DNA from: an uncultured Bdellovibrio sp.
Lineage (GTDB): Bacteria > Bdellovibrionota > Bdellovibrionia > Bdellovibrionales > Bdellovibrionaceae
Reading direction: 5' to 3'
NCBI GenBank assembly: GCA_963932905.1
Contig: CAWVRN010000006.1
Location: 1 to 64,000, forward strand
DNA: 64,000 nt
The notes below the pieces were generated by a model, which had not been told where the DNA came from, made no database searches, and was given only the letters and a program-made list of their open reading frames with translations. Shown here one piece after another: positions 34,196-44,037 of the stretch (the stretch's first letter is position 1; each line of letters starts with the position of its first letter). A program made the translations under genes and the position numbers.

Positions 34196-35938
34196 TTACG
34201 CTTTTTTAAGCGGAATTTTTTCTATGATGTAGCTGATGATTTGTCCTTCTGGGACCTTGCTCAGCGTTTTTGTTTTTCGCTCGACAACTTCGACCTCACC
34301 GCCTTCTAGTGTTTTAGCGCCGAAGTTGATTCTAAATGGCATACCCAAAAGATCTGCGTCCTTGAACTTAAAGCCCGGGCGCTCATCACGATCATCCAAT
34401 AGGACATCGTAGCCCATTTGAGTAAGCTTGTTGTAGGTTTCGTGCGCTTTCCTAGACACGTTTTCATCTTTTAAATCTAGCAAACAGATATGCACCTGGA
34501 ATGGAGCAATCGCTACTGGCCAGATGATGCCGTCAGCATCGTGCATCTGTTCGATAATCGCTTGAACTGTACGCGATATGCCGATACCGTAGCAGCCCAT
34601 TTCAAATGGTTGTGCTTTTCCGTTTTTATCCAAGAAGGTCGCTTTCATTTTTTCAGAGTATTTTCGGCCTAAATAAAATACGTGACCAACTTCAATACCG
34701 CGGAAGGCTTCTAATTTGCCGTTGCTCCTAGGGCATTTGTCACCCGCTCGTGCCATACGTAAATCCGCGGTCGCTTTCGGAGTGAAATCTGTGCCGTGAT
34801 TTACATTTTTAAAATGGAATCCATCTTCATTCGCGCCAACGATATAGTTTTTTAAACCGCTTACGCCATTGTCCATGTACACCGGAATTGACAAGCCTAC
34901 TGGGCCGCACGAACCCGGGTTTGCACCCGTGACTTCTTTGACCTCAGCATCAGTTAACATCAATGGGTCGTTGGGCAAGCCCAGGATTTTTTTAAGTTTC
35001 GTTGGGTTTAGCTCGTCAGAACCACGCAGTAATACCGCTACTGGTTTTAAAGCTTTGTCGCGTGGATCAAGACCTGAGTTCGCAGAGAAGAACAGTGTTT
35101 TAACTAATTCTTTTTCTGGCTGACCCGTGAAAGACGCAAGGTCTTTGATTGTTTTTTGGTTAGGAGTAGCGAATTTTTCTTTTGCAAGTGGTGCTGCATT
35201 TGAAACATGAGGAACGGCATCGATCGCTGGGCAAACTTCTATATTCGCTGCGAAATCTGACGAATCAGATACTAACAACGCGTCTTCGCCCGCGTCCGCA
35301 AGCAATTGGAATTCGTGAGTTTGTGAACCGCCGATATTTCCCGCGTCGGCTTCTACAATACGGTACTTAGCACCTAAACGATCAAAGATCGCTTGGTAGC
35401 CTTCGTACATGGCTTGGTACGCTTTCAATGCACCATCACGATCCATATCGAATGAATAGGCATCTTTCATGATGAATTCGCGTCCGCGCATCAGTCCAAA
35501 ACGCGGTCTGATTTCATCGCGGTACTTAGTTTGGATTTGGTATAGATTACGTGGCAAATCTTTATAAGATTTTAAATCATTACGAACGTAGTCCGTAATT
35601 GCTTCTTCGTGAGTGGCGCCTAAGCAAAACCATTTGTCGTTGCGGTTTTTAAGACGCATTAGACCTGGGCCCATCTCGTCCCAACGGTTCGTTTCCTGCC
35701 ATAATTCTTTTGGATGAAGCGCCGGCATTAGAACTTCTTGAGCTCCCCGTTTTTCAAGTTCTTCACGTACGATCGCTTCGAATTTACGAATCGCCTTTAG
35801 CGCCAGAGTTCCGTATGTGAAAATACCGGGATCTAGTTTTTTGATCATTCCTGAGCGGATCATTAGCTTGTGCGATGGAATTTCCGCATCGTTTGGTGCT
35901 TCTTTTAGGGTGTATAAGTGGCTTTTTGACCATTTCAT
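34196..35938 (-). CDS. proS: Proline--tRNA ligase (bacterial type with editing insertion)
   Basis: YRDEIRPRFGLMRGREFIMKDAYSF, GIEVGHVF, MGCYGIG. Confidence 0.99.
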   Translation of the reverse strand: MKWSKSHLYTLKEAPNDAEIPSHKLMIRSGMIKKLDPGIFTYGTLALKAIRKFEAIVREELEKRGAQEVLMPALHPKELWQETNRWDEMGPGLMRLKNRNDKWFCLGATHEEAITDYVRNDLKSYKDLPRNLYQIQTKYRDEIRPRFGLMRGREFIMKDAYSFDMDRDGALKAYQAMYEGYQAIFDRLGAKYRIVEADAGNIGGSQTHEFQLLADAGEDALLVSDSSDFAANIEVCPAIDAVPHVSNAAPLAKEKFATPNQKTIKDLASFTGQPEKELVKTLFFSANSGLDPRDKALKPVAVLLRGSDELNPTKLKKILGLPNDPLMLTDAEVKEVTGANPGSCGPVGLSIPVYMDNGVSGLKNYIVGANEDGFHFKNVNHGTDFTPKATADLRMARAGDKCPRSNGKLEAFRGIEVGHVFYLGRKYSEKMKATFLDKNGKAQPFEMGCYGIGISRTVQAIIEQMHDADGIIWPVAIAPFQVHICLLDLKDENVSRKAHETYNKLTQMGYDVLLDDRDERPGFKFKDADLLGMPFRINFGAKTLEGGEVEVVERKTKTLSKVPEGQIISYIIEKIPLKKA

Positions 35939-37281
35939 GAATTAACCTCAATTCCGTAAGATTTAATTTTTCTATGCAAGTAGCTGCGCTCTAAACCAAT
36001 CACTTCGGCTGTTTTAGAGATGTTGCCACCGTTTTCTTTGATTTTCTGTATTAAGTATTCTTTTTCAAACTGCGCGCGGGCATCACGGAACGTAGTCATT
36101 GCTGCGGTGGCGGACTTGCTAACATCCTCAAGACCCGCGAACTTCACGTCGTGCACGTCGATGTATTCAAGTGGCGTAAGGATGTAAACCCGTTCTACAA
36201 AGTTTTTAAGTTCGCGTACGTTTCCAGGCCATGCGTATTCCTGCATAAGCTGTATGGCTTTCTCAGAGAACACTTTTTTAGTTTCGCCACTTTCACGAGC
36301 GAAGCTGTCGCTAAAATACGATACTAACGTAGGAATGTCTGTTGCGCGCTCGCGTAAGGCAGGAACGCGGAACGGCACCGTCTGCAACATCAGATAAAAG
36401 TCTTCACGGAATTTGCTTTGCCGAACCAGTTCACCCAAATCTTGAGTCGTAGAGGCTAAAATGCGAACGTCCGAAAGGATTTCTTCCTTGCCCCCGAAGC
36501 GTTGGAATTTTTTCTCTTTCAATAACTTTAAAAGCTTCATTTGAACAAACGGTGGGACTTCTTGAATTTCTTCAAGGTACAAAGTTCCACCTTGAGCCAA
36601 TTCGATTTTACCTCGACGAGTTTTATGAACGCCTGGGTATGCATCTTTTTCGATACCAAACAATTCGCCTTCGATCAGCTCTTCAGAAACCGAAGCGCAA
36701 TTGAATTCGATGAAGGGTTGGCTGGCGCGGGGGCTAAAATAGTGTATGTTTTGCGCCACAAGATTTTTACCAGCGCCATTTTCGCCGTTTACTAGACACC
36801 AAGTGCTGGCCGGAGCTAACTGGCTGATCATTTGTTTTAATGATTTTACGTTGTCCGCATCACCTACAATCGCAAGGCTCTTACGTAGTTTGTTTAACAA
36901 CGCGGTTTTCTCTTCTTTTTCGTTTAAGAAGTTTTTTAGATTGTTCAACGTGATTACGATTTTATCGATCGAAAGTGGTTTTTCGATAAAGTCATAAGCA
37001 CCAAGTTTAGTGGATTTTACGGCTGTTTCGATCGTTCCGTGACCCGAGATCATAATAAATTCGATTTGAGAGAATTTTTGGCGGGCTTGTTTTAAAGTTT
37101 CAATACCATCCATGCCTGGCATCCAGATATCTAGGAAAACAATCTGTGGGGCGTCAGTTTGCATTTTCATCAAACCTTCTTCGCCATTGGCTGCAGTATC
37201 TACTTGGTAACCTTCGTCGCGAAGGGAAGCACTTAGGACATCACGTATCGGTTTTTCGTCGTCGACAATTAGAATTTTCAT
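35935..37281 (-). CDS. ntrX: NtrX-like REC-AAA+-HTH response regulator with degenerate GAFTGA
   Basis: LDIWMP, ISGHGTIETAV, WPGNVRELKN, GLERSYLHRKIK; DAYPGV replaces GAFTGA. Confidence 0.85.
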   Translation of the reverse strand: MKILIVDDEKPIRDVLSASLRDEGYQVDTAANGEEGLMKMQTDAPQIVFLDIWMPGMDGIETLKQARQKFSQIEFIMISGHGTIETAVKSTKLGAYDFIEKPLSIDKIVITLNNLKNFLNEKEEKTALLNKLRKSLAIVGDADNVKSLKQMISQLAPASTWCLVNGENGAGKNLVAQNIHYFSPRASQPFIEFNCASVSEELIEGELFGIEKDAYPGVHKTRRGKIELAQGGTLYLEEIQEVPPFVQMKLLKLLKEKKFQRFGGKEEILSDVRILASTTQDLGELVRQSKFREDFYLMLQTVPFRVPALRERATDIPTLVSYFSDSFARESGETKKVFSEKAIQLMQEYAWPGNVRELKNFVERVYILTPLEYIDVHDVKFAGLEDVSKSATAAMTTFRDARAQFEKEYLIQKIKENGGNISKTAEVIGLERSYLHRKIKSYGIEVNS

Positions 37282-37300
37282 ATTCTAACTTATGACCCAT

Positions 37301-39550
37301 TTAGATAGGAAATTCAATGATCATCTTGGTGCCGTAGGGAGAATTGGGACTTACGCGGATGAACCCGTTATGGTCTTCTACCGTACGTTTCACGATGGCA
37401 AGGCCCAACCCCGATCCCGATTCTTTTGTACTGAAGTAGGGCTCGAAAATACGCGCCATTTGCGTCGACGGAATCCCTGATCCATTGTCCGACACAATAA
37501 TTTTTGCGATTTTCAAGTCACGGTTAAAATCGGTATTGATTTGAATCAAGCCCTCGCGGTCTTTTGGCAACGCCGCAATAGAGTTATCGACCAAGTTTAC
37601 CACCACGCGCTGGATTTGTTCGTGGTCAAAACTGAATTCTGGGATTTCAGGATTGTAATGCTCTTCAAACTGAACATGAGAATGAGCCGCTTTAAATAAT
37701 TTCAACGAGTCTTGCACAACTTGATTTAAATTTCCCACCACCGAGCGTTTTTGAGGTAAACGTGCGAACTGTGAAAATTCATTAACAAGTTTTTTCATTT
37801 GATCTACTTGATTCACGATCATTGAGGTGCATTCCAAAAATGCCGGGTCCGAAATGTCGTTAGCAAATTTTCTTTGTAGACGTTCTGCAGACAATTTGAT
37901 CGGAGTCAGAGGATTTTTAATTTCATGAGCAATACGTCGAGCCACTTCAGTCCAAGCTTGAGAACGTTGTGCTGTCTGAATATCCGTTAAATCGTCAAAT
38001 ACCAAAATCTTACCGATTTCGTGGTCACGCTCGTCTTTCAACAATGACAAACTGATCATCAATGGAAGAACCTCTCCGTTAAGATTCACCTGAAATTCTT
38101 TTTGGATCGATTCCATTTTGAACGTGCTCATTTGTTTTAGCAAATCAGAGAAAATACGAAATTGTTCTAACGTCAAAAGTTCACGCACCGATCGATTAAT
38201 AAATTTTTGTTCATCAATCTTTAACAATTTAGCCGCGTGTTGATTGATCGTAGTGATTCTGCCCGACTTATCCACAGAGATAACCCCAGCAGATACATTT
38301 TTAAGCACGACTTCGATATAGGAAAGTGTTTCATGCAAGCTGTTATTGGCCGAGCGCGCTTCGTTCACCGACTTTTCCAACTGACTGGTCATGCGATTGA
38401 AACTAGAAACCAGTTGAGCCATCTCTTCGGAACCCGTATTGACCGAGATCTGCGTATACTCACCTTGCGCGATCAGTGATGTAGCCTTACCCAACTGAAC
38501 CAGCGGTATCGAGAGCTGCTTGGCCAAGTGGAATCCAAACCAAATCGCGGCCATCAGGATTACCATCGTTATCAAAATTAAAATAATTAAATATATAGAT
38601 TTCAGTGGGTATTCGAGAGGATTAATATCTCGAAATTCATCATACGCACTGGCTACGTCATTCATCCTAGATATCAAAGAGAGCGGAACAAACGACGACA
38701 CTACCACGGCCCCTTTGTCAGCCCCTTCTTGAATCGGCACAATAACTCTAACCAAATTCCCCTCTCCAAATTGATGGATGGTCGAGCTCTCGACCTGATT
38801 CTTGATCCCCTTCTGCAGGAAGTCCAAGGAAACTTTCGGTATATCATCGACCTGAGCATTTTCCAGCGTTGTTAAAATACGATCACCAAAGATGCCGGGG
38901 TAAAACTCAATCGCGTCAACCAAGTATTCTTGCTGCAACGTTTTTATTTTTTTCAAAATTGTTTTGCGATCATTCATATTACGAATGTAGCGTGCAACTT
39001 CGTGAGCAAAATGATAGTTTTTTTTCTTTTCATTGAAGTAATAAAAGTTTTGAACTTCGAGAGAACTTTTTAAAACACCCACCATCTTGACGCTGAACCA
39101 TTTATCGAAACTGGAATTGATATAGAATACCGAAATAATGAAAATCAGAAACGTCGGGATGGCACTGAATGACACGAACGAAGCGATTAATTTTGCTTTC
39201 AGGCTGCTACCAAAAATACCACTTCGCCGTTCAACGAAAACCTTCATGATGTTTCGGAAGATCAGGAATATTAACAACAAAAGGATCAGGATATTAAAGT
39301 TAACTAAACCGAAGAAGAAAATACTATGAACAAACGGCAGCTGCTGAGACGTCGAGAAGAGACGGATTTCAAACCACGTTAAAAAAACAAAAATAACCGA
39401 CAAAATGAAAACGATAAATATTTCGCGTTTTCGTTTGCGAATTTCCTTAGAAACCGCGCCGGCGATTTGCGAAGGATCAAACAGCAGACCTTTGATATTG
39501 TCGTACCGAGATGAATCTTCAGAGTTTGTTTTTTTGTTTTCGTTGGACAT
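37301..39550 (-). CDS. ntrY: NtrY-like multi-TM HAMP-PAS sensor histidine kinase
   Basis: AWTEVARRIAHEIKNPLTPIKLSAERL H-box; DNGSG and GSGLGLAI. Confidence 0.88.
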   Translation of the reverse strand: MSNENKKTNSEDSSRYDNIKGLLFDPSQIAGAVSKEIRKRKREIFIVFILSVIFVFLTWFEIRLFSTSQQLPFVHSIFFFGLVNFNILILLLLIFLIFRNIMKVFVERRSGIFGSSLKAKLIASFVSFSAIPTFLIFIISVFYINSSFDKWFSVKMVGVLKSSLEVQNFYYFNEKKKNYHFAHEVARYIRNMNDRKTILKKIKTLQQEYLVDAIEFYPGIFGDRILTTLENAQVDDIPKVSLDFLQKGIKNQVESSTIHQFGEGNLVRVIVPIQEGADKGAVVVSSFVPLSLISRMNDVASAYDEFRDINPLEYPLKSIYLIILILITMVILMAAIWFGFHLAKQLSIPLVQLGKATSLIAQGEYTQISVNTGSEEMAQLVSSFNRMTSQLEKSVNEARSANNSLHETLSYIEVVLKNVSAGVISVDKSGRITTINQHAAKLLKIDEQKFINRSVRELLTLEQFRIFSDLLKQMSTFKMESIQKEFQVNLNGEVLPLMISLSLLKDERDHEIGKILVFDDLTDIQTAQRSQAWTEVARRIAHEIKNPLTPIKLSAERLQRKFANDISDPAFLECTSMIVNQVDQMKKLVNEFSQFARLPQKRSVVGNLNQVVQDSLKLFKAAHSHVQFEEHYNPEIPEFSFDHEQIQRVVVNLVDNSIAALPKDREGLIQINTDFNRDLKIAKIIVSDNGSGIPSTQMARIFEPYFSTKESGSGLGLAIVKRTVEDHNGFIRVSPNSPYGTKMIIEFPI

Positions 39551-40014
39551 TAATTATTTTTTTTCTTGTTAAGTGATTTACCCAAGCCAATCATTTCCAT
39601 TACCGTCTGAGCGGCATCACGGCCTTTGTGCCCGTGCTTGCCACCTACACGATCTAAAGCTTGCTCTTCGTTTTCTGTAGTTAGGACACCGAACGCAATC
39701 GGTTTGTTTGTTTTTAACATTAATTGAGTGATTCCATCTGTTACACTATTGCAAACATAATCATAGTGGGATGTTTCACCGCGAATGACCGCACCCAGTG
39801 CAACAACTCCATCGAATCCGCGATTTAGTACCCACTGACATGTTAAAGGAATTTCAACTGCACCAGGAACTCGGAACAATTCAATTTGCACGCCGTCACA
39901 TTCTTCTAAATAATCGATGGCACCTTCTTGTAATTTGTCTGTGATTTCTTCGTTAAAGCGCGACACTACCACCGCAACTTTAAATTTGGCTTTTTTTACA
40001 TTTTTAGCTTTCAT
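39550..40014 (-). CDS. ribH: 6,7-dimethyl-8-ribityllumazine synthase
   Basis: SRFNEEI, VPGAVEIP, GAVIRGETSHYDYV. Confidence 0.98.
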   Translation of the reverse strand: MKAKNVKKAKFKVAVVVSRFNEEITDKLQEGAIDYLEECDGVQIELFRVPGAVEIPLTCQWVLNRGFDGVVALGAVIRGETSHYDYVCNSVTDGITQLMLKTNKPIAFGVLTTENEEQALDRVGGKHGHKGRDAAQTVMEMIGLGKSLNKKKNN

Positions 40015-40103
40015 TATTGGCTCACTTTTGCGCTATGACTTGAACACTGAGTTAACCACAAAATAGTAGTCAAACCAACAAATCCATATAAACTAGCGCG
40101 TAT

Positions 40104-40697
40104 ATGAAACTATACTATTCACCCGCTTCACCATTTGCAAGAAAAGTCAGAATTTCGGCTATTCTATTAGGACTAGAAAACGAAGTTACTTTGGAAACCG
40201 TAGATGTATTTAATGATAATAGCTACTCCGCGGTTAATCCGTTGGTTAAAATACCGACGCTCCAAACACGCGAGGGGTTATTTCTGACCAACTCGCCGTA
40301 TATTGTGGATTATTTAGATTCCCTTTCTTCAACCACAAAAATGATTCCAACCGACGGTTCTCGTTGGCAAGCCTTACAGTTTCAATCGATCGCTGATGGC
40401 ATCATGGACGCAGCCGTTTTACGCCGACTGGAATCGCTACGTTCACCAGACAAGCAAGATTCAAAATTTGATCTGCGACAAAAACAAAAGATCCAAAATG
40501 GAATGCGTTACTTTGAAAGCAATATAGATCTTTTAAAAATGAAGTGGACTGTCAGCGAAATCAGTCTCTGCTGTGCTATTGGATATCTGAACTATCGTTT
40601 TGGCAGTGAAAATTGGTTAGCTGAATATCCAAAATTGAACCACTGGTACACCGAAGCGAACAGACTCGATTGCGTCGCGCGAACCATGGTTAAATAA
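40104..40697 (+). CDS. Glutathione S-transferase family protein
   Basis: MKLYYSPASPFARKVR, NPLVKIPTL, ADGIMDAAV. Confidence 0.93.
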   Translation: MKLYYSPASPFARKVRISAILLGLENEVTLETVDVFNDNSYSAVNPLVKIPTLQTREGLFLTNSPYIVDYLDSLSSTTKMIPTDGSRWQALQFQSIADGIMDAAVLRRLESLRSPDKQDSKFDLRQKQKIQNGMRYFESNIDLLKMKWTVSEISLCCAIGYLNYRFGSENWLAEYPKLNHWYTEANRLDCVARTMVK

Positions 40698-40713
40698 GAC
40701 ATAGCTAAATAAT

Positions 40714-41370
40714 TTATTTTAAGTTTTCTCGGAAAATTACAAGGTCCCTGATCGTTCCCATTTTGATTCCAAATTTTTGTGAAAATTGGAATAGATCTGG
40801 GACACGGGCCATAGATCCATCATCGTTCATCACTTCACAAATCACCGCCGCAGGATTTAAATCAGATAGCTTAGCCAAATCGACGCCAGCTTCCGTGTGA
40901 CCGTTACGACTTAAAACTCCGTTTTTATTCGCGCGAATTGGGAACATATGCCCCGGCATCTGAATATCTTGTGGACCTGAGTTTGGATTCGAAGCCACTT
41001 TCACGGTGTGTGCACGATCTTGCGCCGAGATTCCAGTCGATACACCACGAGCGGCTTCGATACTAACCGTAAATGCTGTTTTATTTGGTGAAGAGTTCTT
41101 ATCGTCCGATACCATTTGCGGAAGCTGTAAGCGATCCACCTGATCCGGATGCAGCGCTAGGCAAATCAAACCTCGCGCATTTTTAGACATAAAATTGATC
41201 GCCTCAGACGTGATGAAGTCAGCGGCCATGATGATGTCACCTTCATTTTCGCGATCTTCGTCATCAACCAAAATAACCATGCGACCATTTTTAAAATCTG
41301 TCAGGATATCTTGAATAGAGTGAAATTTATTACTAGATGACAACGTCGGATCCCTCATACTTTCTAGCAT
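40714..41370 (-). CDS. ribB: 3,4-dihydroxy-2-butanone-4-phosphate synthase (stand-alone, not fused to RibA)
   Basis: DDEDRENEGD, TAFTVSI, GHTEAGVDL; start may be ATG 41358. Confidence 0.97.
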   Translation of the reverse strand: MLESMRDPTLSSSNKFHSIQDILTDFKNGRMVILVDDEDRENEGDIIMAADFITSEAINFMSKNARGLICLALHPDQVDRLQLPQMVSDDKNSSPNKTAFTVSIEAARGVSTGISAQDRAHTVKVASNPNSGPQDIQMPGHMFPIRANKNGVLSRNGHTEAGVDLAKLSDLNPAAVICEVMNDDGSMARVPDLFQFSQKFGIKMGTIRDLVIFRENLK

Positions 41371-41941
41371 TCAAAAATCCTTTCATAAAGTAATCGCACT
41401 CAAAACTGACTAGATCACCTAGAGATTGCTTTTCTAAATTTGTTTTTTTCAGAGTTTCAGGAATTAAACAAACTGAAAATGAATCAGCATATATCTCGTT
41501 CAATGTCAGGCTAACACCGTTGATGGTGATTGAGCCTTTTTTCCAAAAATATTGGGAAAACCCAGGTGGAGTTTTGAAATCTAAAATTAAACAGTCCCCG
41601 ACGACTTCACGTTTTACTACCGAGGTCGCTCCATCGGCGTGACCGCTAACTAAATGCCCATGAATACGATCACCAAATCGCAACGATCTTTCTAAATTCA
41701 CTAGGCGATCTTGTAAATTTGTTTTATTCCAGCCCATGACTTTTAAAGTTTCAAACCCTAAGGTGAACACTAAGTTTTTCGAGAAATCCTCCACTGTCAA
41801 ACAAACGCCATTGACTGAAATACTATCGCCGATGCGTAGATCGTTGTAAAAATCAGGCTTGGTGATGTGAATAACGATCGAATGATCTTTGTCTTGAGTG
41901 TAGATGATTTTCTGAGTGGATTCGACAATACCGGTGAACAT
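41333..41941 (-). CDS. ribE: Riboflavin synthase
   Basis: N-terminal MFTGIVE, GDSISVNGVCLTV, GHLVSGH. Confidence 0.97.
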   Translation of the reverse strand: MFTGIVESTQKIIYTQDKDHSIVIHITKPDFYNDLRIGDSISVNGVCLTVEDFSKNLVFTLGFETLKVMGWNKTNLQDRLVNLERSLRFGDRIHGHLVSGHADGATSVVKREVVGDCLILDFKTPPGFSQYFWKKGSITINGVSLTLNEIYADSFSVCLIPETLKKTNLEKQSLGDLVSFECDYFMKGFLNARKYEGSDVVI

Positions 41942-41948
41942 GAAGGAG

Positions 41949-41977
41949 GTTCTATCAAGGCTGGATGCGACTGTCAA
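41949..41977 (-). promoter_or_regulatory. sigma70 promoter TTGACA-N17-TAGAAC placing +1 at or near the ribE ATG
   Basis: Perfect -35, TGn extension, 7 nt from -10 to ATG, no SD. Confidence 0.65.
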
Positions 41978-42037
41978 AAGAGAGATCGAAGAAAGACCAG
42001 ACAGAGCCTCCATGGCTCCGCCCAATCCAGTTTTAGG

Positions 42038-43198
42038 CTATCTATTCGTTTTTCTTAGACTGTTAGTAGACAATGACGTCTTTTTAGCTGATGAATTTGT
42101 GCCTGCAGACGCTGTTTTAGTGGCAGTGTCCTCAGCTAATTTTCGAATTTTTACTTTAGCACCCATTTTGATTTGAATGCCTGATTCAAATACAACTTTA
42201 CCAGCAGCTGCTTCTGGGCTCACATCAAAAATTTCGATCGATGCGATTGGCTCGCCGTCTAACGTACTTTGAAGTTTTGATTCACACGGAACCGGGATTT
42301 CGCCGTTCTCAGAGATCCAGAATGTTTTTTCATTGTAGATATTAAAAATGTCACCTTTTTGCACGTTGTGGTTTGAGCCCGCTAGGATTGTAGCCACATG
42401 CTCGTCCGCATACAGTACCCGTGTGTACCATTCTTGTTTCGAATCCAATTGTTCTTGAATTTGTTTGATCGAGTTTTCCAAAGCGTTGTAAGAAACACGC
42501 GCTAACGGAGTTTGGAAATAAAAGCTGGGATCAATTAACAAATTAGAAAGTGGCAATGTGAATTCTAATTGCGTGCGAGTTTGCTTCGCCGTTACGTTTG
42601 CCGCCGCGTATACTTCAGACGATACTGGATTTGAAGCGACCATGTTCATATCTAATTGATACGTTTCAACACCGAAGCTAACTCCAGGAATTCCATTCGT
42701 GCTATAGGCACCTGCAGTCGTGAAACCTAAACCCAAACCGATTTTGTTCATCAATTCGAATGAATTGATTGTTCCCCACAAACGATATTGTGGAAGGTTA
42801 ACTAGGCACGCGATTTCGTCTGACATGATCACGTTAGGAACAGCCGTTCTGCCGAATGTACGCTCTAATAACTGAACGTCATTGGTCGCCAAGTTCATAT
42901 CCGAAAACCTAATGTTTGAACCCAATTGCGACGGCGATTCATTAAAAGGTGGTTTGTAACGAAAAGCAAAACCTTCACTAGCCTGAAGGACAGGGTATAT
43001 TTGTTGATTGATGACGTATTGAAAGTCAAACTTAGTACCGCCCGGCATGTCGATCAATCGTGATTGAACAAGGCCAACATCCACTATCTTTTTTAACTTT
43101 CTTGTCTTCACCGTGTTGACGTCAGTTTTCTCACACGATTGATTTCCCATTAACAAGAAACCAGTCATCGTAAGTATCAAAGTCTTGGCAATTCTCAC
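42038..43198 (-). CDS. Lipoprotein, possible CsgG/FlgT-like architecture
   Basis: LLMGNQSC lipobox-like signal; GTINSFE core; AGSNHNVQKGDIFNIY resembles FlgT C-terminal domain (inference). Confidence 0.6.
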   Translation of the reverse strand: MRIAKTLILTMTGFLLMGNQSCEKTDVNTVKTRKLKKIVDVGLVQSRLIDMPGGTKFDFQYVINQQIYPVLQASEGFAFRYKPPFNESPSQLGSNIRFSDMNLATNDVQLLERTFGRTAVPNVIMSDEIACLVNLPQYRLWGTINSFELMNKIGLGLGFTTAGAYSTNGIPGVSFGVETYQLDMNMVASNPVSSEVYAAANVTAKQTRTQLEFTLPLSNLLIDPSFYFQTPLARVSYNALENSIKQIQEQLDSKQEWYTRVLYADEHVATILAGSNHNVQKGDIFNIYNEKTFWISENGEIPVPCESKLQSTLDGEPIASIEIFDVSPEAAAGKVVFESGIQIKMGAKVKIRKLAEDTATKTASAGTNSSAKKTSLSTNSLRKTNR

Positions 43199-43452
43199 AC
43201 GTCCTCCTCAATTAAAGTCCTAACACCTAGATGATCGGAGGGATTACGAAAGTCTGTAGTCTAGGGATTAAAATAATTTAAAAAAACAAAACCACCTCAG
43301 AAGCCTTGCAAATACTGGAAAGCAGGACCAAAAGCCGGATCATAAAACTATCATAAATTTAGACAGATTTAGCCAACTTGGACCTTTGGCGGTCTAGATA
43401 GGCTTAGAATTACTTTTAAAACACAAAGATTAGATATCTATTTCACTTATTT

Positions 43453-44037
43453 TTAGATGGTTCCGCCACCGCTAAGAATAATAAAAACCTGGTTTTCATT
43501 TTTTGGCAGTATGACTTTATCACTGTCAGTGCGGTTTTCAAAATACTGAAGACTTTTGATACCGGCGCCTAATTGAATTCCACCCAATTTGAAAATCAAA
43601 CCCGCTTCACCAAAAGCGGCATTGTAATTTTCAGTTGCAACACGAACTCCGGGTCCCAGAAATGCGTGAACACCAAATGTGTTTTCATCATTAATGGTGG
43701 TTAACTGCAACCGCAACGAAGAATCCAAACCGGAAACATTTTTAATATCGTTTCCCATACGAGTGAACAAAGCATTTCGCCAATTCAAGAACGAATTCAT
43801 TTCCCAGTTGATGCCTAAATTGATCTCTTGATATTTATTTCCATTTTGATCACCCAAAGACGCGCTAATATCGTACGTAATTTTAGATCCTGCCGTACTG
43901 ACCGCTGTCGGCGTCGTAGGAAATGTATATGGGTATTTCTTTTGGGCCCACACAGAGCCCACCATCAAGACACAAGTGAATAGAATTTTTAAATTAAGCA
44001 TCTTTACTAAATTTAAAAGCCCCACCGCTGAAATCAA
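43453..44037 (-). CDS. Hypothetical exported beta-rich protein
   Basis: Signal peptide ending SVWA, alternating beta-strand pattern; true start probably ~44001. Confidence 0.65.
   Translation of the reverse strand: MISAVGLLNLVKMLNLKILFTCVLMVGSVWAQKKYPYTFPTTPTAVSTAGSKITYDISASLGDQNGNKYQEINLGINWEMNSFLNWRNALFTRMGNDIKNVSGLDSSLRLQLTTINDENTFGVHAFLGPGVRVATENYNAAFGEAGLIFKLGGIQLGAGIKSLQYFENRTDSDKVILPKNENQVFIILSGGGTI

Noticed and set aside
41942..42037. Possible FMN riboswitch upstream of ribE
   Set aside because: Too short, no RFN consensus, and a promoter sits directly before the ATG.
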